Shown here in pieces: positions 13,801 to 23,036 of a stretch of 64,000 bases of DNA. The stretch lies in assembly GCA_965113315.1 (NCBI GenBank), contig OZ220374.1. One strand, given 5' to 3'. This DNA is from Podarcis vaucheri (Eukaryota). Every line of letters begins with the position of its first letter. Within the stretch, counting starts at the first letter, position 1. Under the pieces are notes generated by a model. That model made no database searches. It was not told where the DNA came from and was given only the letters and a program-made list of their open reading frames with translations. Position numbers and translations under genes: made by a program.

Positions 13801-16800
13801 AGGTGCTTCAGAAATGAAATATTCTACAAAAGATGGCTGCACCAGCTAAATCCAAACAAAAGTTGCGTACGGTGTGTTTCTACACACTTCATGGACCTTC
13901 TCTACATTTAGATATTAATCATGAAAACAGTATATCAAAATTGTGTTGAATTTTAAATCCAAAAGCACCGTGTTTTGTATTAACAGTATTTTGTATTTGT
14001 AGAATTGAAGACTTGCCAACTCCTAATAAAAACGTGACATCAGAATTGACACCAGTAGTGCTCTTCACGGGATTTGAGCCTTCCCAGGTGCATCAGTACA
14101 TCAAGGTGACTTTCCTCTGTCTTAACAGAACAAACACTTTTGTAACATTTTTCTCTGGGGAACCGGGTTCGCGTCCCCGCTCCTCCACATGCAGCTGCTG
14201 GGTGACCTTGGGCTAGTCACACTTCTCTGAAGTCTCTCAGCCCCACTCACCTCACAGAGTGTTTGTTGTGGGGGAGGAAGGGAAAGGAGAATGTTAGCCG
14301 CTTTGAGACTCCTTAAAGGGAGTGAAAGGCGGGATATCAAATCCAAACTCTTCTTCTTCTTCTTCTCTACTGAAAGCCCTGCAAAATAATCTAAAACGTT
14401 TGTCTTGTGATTCTATACCTCTGGTGGCCCATTCATGCAAGCAGGTTACCAGTTGCTGCAACAAAACATACATGTATGAAAGCTCTTTTAGATCTACTAT
14501 ATAGTCTTGTACAGAAACCTAAATCATCATAAGAGCCTACGGGATCAGACCAAAGGCCTATCTCAGGGGTTGCTAATGAGGGGTGCATGTGTCTGTAGAG
14601 ACATCTTCTGGCACCCACAGGGTTTCCTCCCCTCACCCGCTCATGCTGAAGTTAGGTTTGAAAGTAGTGTTCTGTTGTAACTCATAAAACAGGTTGCGGT
14701 GTGTGTTTAGTCTTGGTGTTTGTATGGTGCCCATGGCAATTTATTTACTTTGCAAATCTATCAAGAGGCCCCCAAAATTTGACAGTTGTTTGGCCTATCT
14801 GGTTCAGTATTCTGTTCTTTGGTCTAATTTAACAGGACTCTTCTTTGACTTCTGGTTGCTAAACTATATAGTATATCTAGGGGTAAAGGTAAAGGGACCC
14901 CTGACCATTAGGTCCAGTCGTGGCCAACTCTGGGGTTGCAGCGCTCATCTCACTTTATTGGCCAAGGGAGCCAGCATACAGCTTCCAGGTCATGTGGCCA
15001 GCATGACTAAGCCACTTCTAGTGAACCAGAGCAGCGCACGGAAACGCAGTTTACCTTCCCGCCAGAGCGGTACCTATTGATCTACTTGCACTTTGACGTG
15101 CTTTCGAACTGCTAGGTTGGCAAGCTCACTCCAACGCAAGCTCACTCCATCGCGGGGATTCAAACCGCCAACCTTCTGATCGGCAAGTCCTAGGCTCTGT
15201 GGTTTAACCCACAGCGCCACCTGTGTCTCTGTTCTCTAGGGGTAGTTTCACACAATTATGTTTGTTGCAGTGCCTGCTAATGTAAAAGCATAAAAGACAT
15301 CAGAGGTGTGGCATCACAGACATAGGTTTTATCACCTCACAGCAGGCTTTCTCAATCTTGGGTCCCCAGATGTTCCTGAACTATAGCTCCCACCATCCCT
15401 GGCCAGTGCCCATGCTGGCTAGCTATGATGGGAGTTGTAGTCAACACACAAGACAACACACAAGGTTGAGAAAATAAAAAAAATCCTTCCAGTAGCACCT
15501 TAAAGACCAACTAAGTTAGTTCTTGGTATGAGCTTTCGTGTGCATGCACACTTCTTCAGATACACTGAAACAGAAGTTGCCAGATCCTTCTATATAGTGA
15601 GAAGGTGGGGAGGGGTATTACTCAGAAGGGTGGTGGGAATGGGAGATTGGCAGATAGCTGAGATGAGCTATCTCATCTAGGTTGAGAAAGGCTGCCTTAC
15701 ATGTAAGGCTGCCTTACATTGTTTTTCAGTGGAGCTGGTTCATGTGCTTACAGGTCATCAAATGTATGGTAATTATGTGTATGCTTGTGTGAACTAGGCT
15801 TAGTTTATCTTGCTTTTAGTTTGATTGAACTATTATGATGTGGCTGGAGGCTTTAACCTTTTTTTTAAATAAAATTTTCAGAAACTCTACATTCTTGGAG
15901 GTGAAGTAGCAGAATCTGCCCAGAAATGCACTCACTTAATAGCGAGTAAAGTGACACGTACTGTAAAATTCCTTACAGCTATTTCAGTTGTAAAGCATAT
16001 AGTAACCCCAGAATGGTTGGAAGAGTGTTTCAAGGGCCAGAAGTTTATAGGTAAGTAATTCTTAAAGCTTTTTAGTATAAGTGATATAAAGAGTCTCTCC
16101 TTTAAAACACAAAAACGAAGCATGCACAAAATAGTGCCCTTCTTGGTGTTAAGCAGGGGGACAACACTAAAACAATCAAATCAAAAAATGTTGAAATAGA
16201 AGTTTCCCCTGTGACCAGGGGAGTGAGTCAGGTAAGAGGGTTAATGCCCCCCAGCTCTGTGTACTGTGTTTTACTTGTAGGTACAGTTTACAAAGCAGTG
16301 CTTAATATTTTACAAAATATTATTATTATTACTACTACTATTACTATTATTATTACAATTGTTAATTTATTATGCCACCCATCTGACTGGGTTGCCTCAG
16401 CCACTTTGGGCGGCTCCCAACATCCACCTTTATGGCTATGCATGTAGAACTTTAACATCTCTAGTGCCATTTTTAATGAGTGATTTCTTTTTCTAAATTT
16501 TCAGTGGTTTTAAAAGTAGTTCCTCTTCACTCAGCAATTTTCAAGTGTTAAATTTTTTAACAAATATAAAATTAAAGCAAGTACTTAACTCCAGCTTCTT
16601 ATATTGAGTTGTGCTGCTTAATTTAAGGGTCCCAAGCAATTCTTAAAATTAAGCTATTGATTTTTAAAAGAAGACAATCGCTAGCTGCCTCATTGGCATC
16701 TTCCTTATTGATGGAACTTACAGTGGGGCAACTGAATCTAAATGCCCAAACTAAAGTAGTAGTATCTGATATGATAGTCTATAAATTCATAAATAATAAT

Positions 16801-19800
16801 TATTATTTTTATAACAATTTATTTTCTCAGTAGTAGATGCTTGCATCTTTTTGTGTTATGAATAGTTACAGTTATATTTTTCCTCCATTTTAGAAGAGCA
16901 AAACTACATACTCAGGGATGCAGAAGCTGAAGTTCTTTTCTGTTTCAGCTTAGAAGAATCTCTAAAGAAAGCACAGGAGACACCGCTCTTCAAGGTACAT
17001 CAGTTTTTAAAAAGCGCTAAATCCAGATTATTTGAACCAAGTGTTTAGACATGAGTGTTACCATCATGTATGCTAGCCTAGAAAAAAAGTATTTGCAACC
17101 ACTTGTAGCTTTTATTTTGAAATATAAGTAGTTCAGTATAACTAAATGTTGTAGACTGGATTCCACCGAGGCATCACACCAACAGCCTGGTTGTAGCTTC
17201 CAAACATAATCATAATTTAGAATCATGCATGTTCTTTCATTTCCCATCTGCTTTGTAAGTTTGCTTATAGCAGTGTCTGCAAACAGAATGATCACTGTTA
17301 ACTGCCCCCATGATTTGCAAACCCAATTCAAATCATGACTTTGGAATATGGTTTGCTAGCCAATTACAAACTGGTTTATCCGTGCAAAAGTCAGCATAAT
17401 TCTTCCTTCGCCATAATTTGGCAGGTTTTCTGAATTGACTGATTGTCTTTGAGAAGTACTTGGCCTGTAAATGACTTGTTATATTACTATTTATTTAGAG
17501 CCTTAGTACCCCTCTGTTCAGCCAAAAAGTCTCCCAGAGTAGCTTACATACAATCAATTAAAATAAGACAGTCCCTGCCTGCAGGCTTACAGTCTAAAAA
17601 ATGATACAGTGGTGCCTTGCAAGACGAAATTAATCCGTTCCGCGAGTCTCTTCGTCTTGCGGTTTTTTCGTCTTGCGAAGCACGGCTATTAGCGGCTTAG
17701 CGGCTATTAACGGCTTAGCAGCTTTAAGAAAAAGGAAACGAACTCGCAAGACCATAGGGAAATTCATCTTGCGGAACGACTCAAAAAATGGAAAACTCTT
17801 TCGTCTTGCACGTTTTTCGTCTTGCGAGGGTACCACTGTACTCAAGGGAAAAGGCAACTTTATGTAATTTATAAAACTCCCAGCACATGTGGTGTCTGCA
17901 CCAGCATCGTTTGTTATACTTGTCACTTCAGCTAGTTCCTCACTGTCCTGGAACTTAACATTTTTTATTGGCTTTGGTAGGGGAAGAAATGGGAGCTTAT
18001 CCATGTCGCCTCCACCCCTTTCTGCAGTTCCCAAGACATTGTTCTATCCTGATATCTATCTTTCTTCTTTATGCAATTCTTTGCAATCTGGTTTTGACTC
18101 TGTGTCCTTTTGGAACTTACATAATCTTTGATACCGGCAACTATCCACTTCTCTTTTCTTCTTTTAGTTTTCTCAAATCTCCCAAACCTTTGGTTTTATT
18201 CCTGCTTCTCAGTCCTTTTTAAGACCACTGTTTCTTGATACTTAGCTGTTGGTTATTTTTCTCCTCTAGTTCAGAATCTTGACAGTTTTTTCTATTTTCC
18301 TATGTACAAGTGATTATCAAGCCTTTTCTATTCAGCTCATAAATCCATAATTTTGTAATTATGGTCTAAAGCTCGGCTCTTTGTTACCCATTGAAACATC
18401 ATTTTGAGAATGGCAACTAAGGTTTGACATTCATAATTTGAAAGTAATATTTCAAATTATGAAATTGCCAAAAGTCATCCCTTCATGCATTAACTCTTTA
18501 CAAATAATGGAGAGTATTTATGCCTGATCATTTTAATGCTTTTCCATCTGTAATTTTAAAACATTCCATTTAATGAATGACTGTCCTTGTAGAACAGAAA
18601 TAATCTGTCAGCCATGTCATTTTATACTGCAGTTTGTGTAGGGAACCCAGAGACAGGCTGATTCTCTTCCTTTTTTAAAAATTATAACTGCAAGATCCAC
18701 TGAAAGTTGGTAATTCTTCTGTTTATTGATGCCTCTCTTTACGTTATTGATAAGATAGCTGAGTACTTTCTATTTTAAGCAAACATTAGGAAGCAGGTGG
18801 TAAAGTAGGAACTTGCTGTAGGTTCCTCTGTAAACACAGTCTTATTTTGCTTGTATCAAACTGCATTTATTTATTCATAATTCAAACATGCTTTTAATTA
18901 TTGTAACATTCTTGTCTCCCCACCCACCCACTTCTACTTCTAAGTCTTCTTCTACTTGAGTACAGTGTATAAAAACTATGGGGTGGGGCTGCCTTGAGAT
19001 CTTGTAGAAATAGCAAGTCAGAACCTTCTTCCTCCCTTGTAGAAGAAATTAGCAAGGTATCCATGGCGAACATCAGCTTTAGGGGGGGGAAATGATAACA
19101 TTAGAGAAGAGGCAGGAGAGGGTGAGAAGTTGATATACCAAAAAATGGAATCCTAATTAACAGGAAGTGGACAGAACACACTGGTACCTTGCTCTGTGAC
19201 ATAGTAGTCAGTGGCATAAATGCAGACATACAATGTGTTTTGTGTTTCATAAATGTTTTGATTTTAGGGAAAGTACTTCTATATTACACCTGGAATTTGC
19301 CCAAGCCTTTCCACTATGAAATCTATTGTGGAATGTGCAGGAGGAAAGGTATTGAACAAACAACCTTCTTTCCGAAAGCTCATGGAACACAAGCAAAACA
19401 AAGTGAGTGTGATCTTGATTGATTTTCTAACATCTTTCTGCTTAGAAAATGTGTCCATTTGAGCTGACTCAGTTTCACTATTTTTAATACAGAGTTTATC
19501 AGAGATTATTCTGATTTCTTGCGAAAATGATCTTCACTTATGTCGAGAATATTTTGCCAGAGGCATAGGTATGTGTTCTTTATACTTATAACAATGTTTA
19601 ACAATGCAACATGGCACCAGCACTTGAAGGAAAGAAATGTACCCATGTCTAATAGTTTGGTTATATATCAAATCCTGGATGTGTGGGCTTGTGGGAGATT
19701 TTATACATACAACGGGCTTTTGCATAGTATTAGAAGAAAACACCTTTTGCTAGGGGTATCAGGTTCAGATAAATGCCAATGCAAAATGTTGGAGGTGAAA

Positions 19801-22672
19801 CAGGATCTGTCAAACAGGATCAGCATGAATCAAAATGGTAGTGGTTAAGAGCGGTAGTCACGTAATCTGGGTAACCGGGTTCGCGTCTCTGCTCCTCCAC
19901 ATGCAGCTGCTGGGTGACCTTGGGCCAGTCACACTTCTGTGAAGTCTCTCAGCCCCACTCACCTCACAGAGTGTTTGTTGTGGGGGAGGAAGGGAAAGGA
20001 GAATGTTAGCCGCTTTGAGACTCCTGAAGGGGAGTGAAAGGCGGGATATCAAATCCAATCCAACACCCCTGAAAGTTTCATTCCATTGTGATTCATTATT
20101 TGATTTGGTGCTGTTAAATCCAGTGCTCTGTACAGTGGTACCTCAGGTTACAAATGCTTTGGGTTACGTGTTTTCAGGTTGCGGACTGCGGGAAACCCGG
20201 AAGTACTGGAAAGGGTTACTTCTGGGTTTTGCCCATTGCGCAGAAGCGCCAAATTGTGTAACGCGCAGACACAGCACTGCAGGTTATGAATGCTGAGGGT
20301 TGCGGACATGCCTCCATCACAGATTACGTCCGCAACCCGAGGTTCCACTGTAATGGAGAATCTAAAAAGGGAGCTATATTTATCCCCCCTTTTCACTTGC
20401 TGGTGAAATTTGCAGGGAAAGGAAACCTACCAGAGTGTATCAAGACTGTGAACTTCAGGAAGATCCATTCAGGCTTCTTTGTCCACAGGACTCTTAAATT
20501 TATTTTATTTTTTAGAAGCAGGCGCACCAAGTGGTGGAGCCTGAGGGGTCTTCATCCCCCCAATTTTTCAAGAGGGGGCTGGGCTCCCCCAAAATCCTCG
20601 GGCCCGCTCTGCCTCCTCCCTGCCGATGTTGCGCTGGGGGGAGATGGCTGAGAGCAGAGCCCAGCTCTGCGTTCCCCATTCTCTACCCGGCACACAAGTG
20701 CCAGCACCGGCAGGATACCTGTGTGTCTCAACTCGGTGAGTGAGCACTTGTGCACTAGGTGGGGGTGGGACGCTTCACATAATGCGCCCCACAATGTGGG
20801 GGGGGGTCAGCGCTCGTGGAAGCAGGCAACCTCAGTAGTCTTAACTGCTTATACTTTACCTTTATATGAAGAAAAGTTCTGCTTATTTATTTGAATGTCC
20901 CTCTACCTGAATGAAGTGTGCTAGGAAATAATCAAAGGGATTGAAATCCAGACCTCTGTCAGCATAAAAGATACCCTTTCACCTGCAAGCTCTCCAATGA
21001 GCTTTAGTTTCACTTCTGAGAAAATAAAAGCGGTGTCTGTGTGACATAACAGATAACTTAATGGAATGACTAGGACCACAGTGCTACTTGGAAGGCTGTT
21101 AACAACACAGTCCAACTCAATAATATGAAAGACAACCTTGAATCACCTCAAATCGCATTGTTATTCAGGCTGCACACAGAGCCAATGTACACCCGTGGTG
21201 TATTTATAGCTTTACATTGAAGATGGCACTAGCTCAGCTTATGAGTGGCCACTTCCATGACTTGTCCAGCTCACCAGCTGCAAATGTGTCTGGCACAGGT
21301 CTGTTCCTGGCACCCAACTGCCAAGTATCCCTTAGGCACAATGCCTCTTAATCCGAATGTCAGTCTCCTTGAACATTAATGTTTTAAGAACACACACAGT
21401 GCCAGCTTCATAGTTACCTTGAATAAGTGCTGCCGCCATCTTTCTTACTTTCAACTGGCAACTCCTCAATTCAAGTCCTTTTAGTCAAAACCTAAACGTT
21501 AAAAGTTCAGTAGTTGCAATTAATTTACCATGGATGTCTTGATTAAGTTTTATTCCCCCCCCTCCTGTATTTCCAGATGTTCACAATGCAGAGTTTGTTT
21601 TGACTGGCGTTCTTACTCAGACACTGGATTATGAATCATATCCTTCATATGCTATATAAAATAAGATTGTGTTTTCTGTATTCTAGTCTCCCTTAAAGGG
21701 AACAGCTGGCAAAGTTCACATAATTTATTAGCCATCTATAGAGTTTCTAACTAATGAATGAATGTAGATAATTGGAATTCAGGTAAGCTGGTATCACCTT
21801 TTACCACGGCATGTTTTATTCCCTCTTTGCTCTCACAGGCTCATTGAAGTACAGGTTAATAGTTTTCACCTGTGTTTGCAAAAATACTTACTGGTTTTTA
21901 CAGGAAGTTGGAATTGTTTGCTAGGATTCCCTGAAATTCAGGGCACATGCTTTAATCTTTTGTTGTGACTCTCCCTTTAATAATGTCTTAATGATTTATT
22001 CTAAAATATGCTGTCTCTAGTGGGACGCGGGTGGCGCTGTGGGTTAAAGCCTCAGCGCCTAGGGCTTGCCGATCGAAAGGTCGGCGGTTCGAATCCCCGC
22101 GGCGGGGTGCGCTCCCGCTGCTCGGTCCCAGCGCCTGCCAACCTAGCAGTTCGAAAGCACCCCCGGGGGCAAGTAGATAAATAGGTACCGCTTACCAGCG
22201 GGAAGGTAAACGGCGTTCCGTGTGCGGCTCTGGCTTGCCAGAGCAGCGTTGTCACGCTGGCCACGTGACCCGGAAGTGTCTTCGGACAGCGCTGGCCCCC
22301 GGCCAATAGATGTGAGATGGGCGCACAAACCCCAGAGTCTGTCAAGACTGGCCCGTTCGGGCAGGGGTACCTTTACCTTTACCTTTATGCTGTCTCTAAA
22401 AAAAAAAAAAAGGAATTAACATTTGAATTAAATGTTGAAACACATATATTCAAATCAAAGTATAGCCTGAAAAATACACATCACATTGTTTTGTTGTTGA
22501 GTGCATATTTACCTTAGAAATTTGTAAAACCATGTTGATGCATTTGGCTTAAGAAACAGATTCTCTCTCTCCTTATGTTATCCTTTTCTTGTACCAAAAA
22601 ACCGATTATGGCAATCTGCACATTTCAGCATAGCTTTTTCCTTAACCCAAGTGTACATATAAATTCACTTGA
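475..22672 (+). CDS. PAXIP1: PAX-interacting protein 1 (PTIP), multi-BRCT protein; 19 coding exons, 5' end outside window
   Basis: Spliced exons 475-518,1682-1745,1856-1969,3297-3917,5161-5914,6848-6942,7393-7488,8314-8451,9787-9908,11077-11261,11724-11767,12975-13042,14003-14105,15882-16050,16894-16994,19268-19402,19493-19568,21577-21637,22657-22672 join in frame (phases checked). The product runs [25 protein letters not shown]...polyQ...[18 protein letters not shown], which matches recalled vertebrate PTIP. Confidence 0.97.
519..1681 (+). other. U12-type GT-AG intron of PAXIP1
   Basis: 5' GTATCCTTT; branch TCCTTGAC at 1661-1668, 13 nt before the 3' end; no long polypyrimidine tract. Confidence 0.9.
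630..1210 (+). mobile_element. Decayed L2-type LINE ORF2 3' fragment
   Basis: Degenerate ALVT.RLDYCN..Y.GLP....KLQQVQN.AA.LL motif. Confidence 0.75.
1682..1745 (+). CDS. PAXIP1: PAXIP1 exon ([21 protein letters not shown])
   Basis: cag acceptor after TCCTTGAC branch site; gtaag donor. Confidence 0.93.
1856..1969 (+). CDS. PAXIP1: PAXIP1 exon, BRCT2 part ([20 protein letters not shown]...EPKG)
   Basis: tag/gtaag boundaries, 114 nt. Confidence 0.95.
3297..3917 (+). CDS. PAXIP1: PAXIP1 exon (EKYECACK...acidic linker...RPSNVAH)
   Basis: Core of ORF 3273..3974; cag/gtaagt boundaries. Confidence 0.96.
4116..4285. mobile_element. Tc1/mariner(pogo)-type MITE
   Basis: TIR CAGTGGTA...TACCACTG flanked by TA on both sides. 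Confidence 0.75.
5161..5914 (+). CDS. PAXIP1: PAXIP1 glutamine-rich exon
   Basis: [10 protein letters not shown]...LFGHDPSIE; tag/gttagt boundaries; ORF 5164..5919. Confidence 0.95.
6848..6942 (+). CDS. PAXIP1: PAXIP1 exon, BRCT3 start ([31 protein letters not shown])
   Basis: tag/gtaatt boundaries. Confidence 0.95.
7393..7488 (+). CDS. PAXIP1: PAXIP1 exon ([25 protein letters not shown]...)
   Basis: tag/gtaag boundaries, 96 nt. Confidence 0.95.
7922..7970. repeat. (CT)n(GT)n microsatellite
   Basis: Direct reading. Confidence 0.95.
8314..8451 (+). CDS. PAXIP1: PAXIP1 exon ([15 protein letters not shown]...GKPCSQH)
   Basis: cag/gtaaga boundaries, 138 nt. Confidence 0.95.
9200..9564 (-). 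mobile_element. Sauria SINE, full-length, young
   Basis: tRNA-like head, (ACCTTT)n tail, 13-bp TSD ttactgtttcata (9187-9199 / 9565-9577). Confidence 0.9.
9787..9908 (+). CDS. PAXIP1: PAXIP1 exon, BRCT4 ([20 protein letters not shown]...)
   Basis: cag/gtaagt boundaries. Confidence 0.95.
9990..10360 (-). mobile_element. Old non-LTR retrotransposon ORF2 C-terminal relic
   Basis: [13 protein letters not shown]....[12 protein letters not shown] zinc-knuckle-like peptide in ORF 10107..10304. Confidence 0.55.
10411..10660 (+). mobile_element. tRNA-derived SINE, family 2
   Basis: A/B boxes (TGGTGTAGTGG, GGTTCG); near-identical to copies at 14153, 19838, 43111; simple-repeat tail. Confidence 0.85.
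10833..10902. repeat. (CA)n(TA)n(GA)n compound microsatellite
   Basis: Direct reading. Confidence 0.95.
11077..11261 (+). CDS. PAXIP1: PAXIP1 exon ([22 protein letters not shown]...)
   Basis: aag/gtaaga boundaries; inside ORF 11021..11314. Confidence 0.94.
11724..11767 (+). CDS. PAXIP1: PAXIP1 exon ([14 protein letters not shown])
   Basis: cag/gtatgt boundaries. Confidence 0.92.
12137..12623. mobile_element. hAT-type non-autonomous DNA transposon
   Basis: TIR CAGGGGTC.GCAACC / GGTTGCAGACCCCTG; 8-bp TSD tgctaaac; second copy at 35041. Confidence 0.9.
12913..12946. repeat. (GT)n(GC)n microsatellite
   Basis: Direct reading. Confidence 0.95.
12975..13042 (+). CDS. PAXIP1: PAXIP1 exon ([22 protein letters not shown])
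   Basis: tag/gtaaga boundaries; phase fits neighbours. Confidence 0.9.
13289..13358 (+). mobile_element. RTE-BovB LINE 3' end fragment
   Basis: GTCCATGGG.TCACGAAGAGTCGGAC..GACTAAACGACTAAACAACAAC tail; another copy at about 42672-42725. Confidence 0.7.
14003..14105 (+). CDS. PAXIP1: PAXIP1 exon, BRCT5 start (IEDLP...[16 protein letters not shown])
   Basis: tag/gtgact boundaries. Confidence 0.93.
14153..14368 (+). mobile_element. tRNA-derived SINE, family 2, 5'-truncated
   Basis: Same body as the 10411 copy; starts 48 nt after a PAXIP1 exon. Confidence 0.85.
14886..15234 (-). mobile_element. Sauria SINE, second subfamily
   Basis: (ACCTTT) tail; TSD tctaggggta (14876-14885 / 15235-15244). 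Confidence 0.88.
15474..15678 (-). mobile_element. Penelope-like element fragment with hammerhead motif, nested in an old MITE
   Basis: Shares sequence with the 30937 and 60614 copies; TSD aggttgagaaa (15463-15473 / 15679-15689). Confidence 0.75.
15526..15563 (-). ncRNA. Minimal type I hammerhead ribozyme motif
   Basis: Reverse complement reads GTAT-CTGAAGA-A-GTGTGCATGCACAC-GAAA-GC-TC-ATAC. Confidence 0.7.
15882..16050 (+). CDS. PAXIP1: PAXIP1 exon ([30 protein letters not shown]...)
   Basis: cag/gtaagt boundaries. Confidence 0.95.
16894..16994 (+). CDS. PAXIP1: PAXIP1 exon ([15 protein letters not shown]...PLFK)
   Basis: tag/gtacat boundaries. Confidence 0.94.
17607..17838. mobile_element. 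Tc1/mariner-type MITE
   Basis: TIR CAGTGGT.CC..GCAAGACGAAA; TA flanks; related copy at 49507. Confidence 0.85.
19268..19402 (+). CDS. PAXIP1: PAXIP1 exon, BRCT6 ([18 protein letters not shown]...)
   Basis: tag/gtgagt boundaries, 135 nt. Confidence 0.95.
19493..19568 (+). CDS. PAXIP1: PAXIP1 exon ([25 protein letters not shown])
   Basis: cag/gtatgt boundaries. Confidence 0.95.
19838..20060 (+). mobile_element. tRNA-derived SINE, family 2
   Basis: Same body as the 10411 copy. Confidence 0.85.
20133..20350. mobile_element. Tc1/mariner(pogo)-type MITE
   Basis: TIR CAGTGG.ACCTC.GGTT; TA flanks. Confidence 0.8.
21577..21637 (+). CDS. PAXIP1: PAXIP1 penultimate exon ([19 protein letters not shown])
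   Basis: cag acceptor; followed by U12 donor ATATCCTTC. Confidence 0.93.
21638..22656 (+). other. U12-type AT-AC intron of PAXIP1
   Basis: 5' ATATCCTTC; branch TTCCTTAAC at 22638-22646; 3' end GTGTAC. Confidence 0.92.
22020..22385 (+). mobile_element. Sauria SINE, full-length, young, inside the AT-AC intron
   Basis: 13-bp TSD tatgctgtctcta (22007-22019 / 22386-22398); nearly identical to the 9200 copy. Confidence 0.92.
22657..22672 (+). CDS. PAXIP1: PAXIP1 last coding exon (S-YKFT-stop)
   Basis: Follows TTCCTTAAC branch site and AC acceptor; gives ...DYESYKFT*, like the recalled vertebrate end DYESYKFN. Confidence 0.88.
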
Positions 22673-23030
22673 CTGGAAGTGAAAATGCCTTATTGCTGTA
22701 GACTCCTTGAATCCTTCCTTCCTTCCAGCTTTTTCAGCCTGTGGATCAGTTGGCACTTCTGGAGTTCTTGTCCCCTTCCTCCCTTGTTTTGCTGAAGGCC
22801 AATGAGCAGTTTGAGGCAGGAGAGCAAACGTTAATTGCATCTGTTTAAGATGTGCAGCATTTTATTATTAAAACATAATTAACTATGTTCTTTGTATTAT
22901 ACTAGAGAGAGGTTACTTTTTATATCACAAATTAGTTTTCCTAATTTTTTTTAGTTGTCACAACTGTTGGTACTTAACCACACAAAATTGGAATGTAAAG
23001 AGAAAGGGCTTGTGGTATGTAAATTATGGA

Positions 23031-23036
23031 AATAAA
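23031..23036 (+). promoter_or_regulatory. Candidate PAXIP1 polyadenylation signal (second candidate at 23386-23391)
   Basis: AATAAA in an AU-rich 3' UTR, followed by U/GU-rich sequence. Confidence 0.55.

Noticed and set aside
20520-20830. GC-rich patch resembling an intragenic promoter or CpG island
   Set aside because: Short, sits among other insertions and looks like a TE fragment; no promoter evidence.
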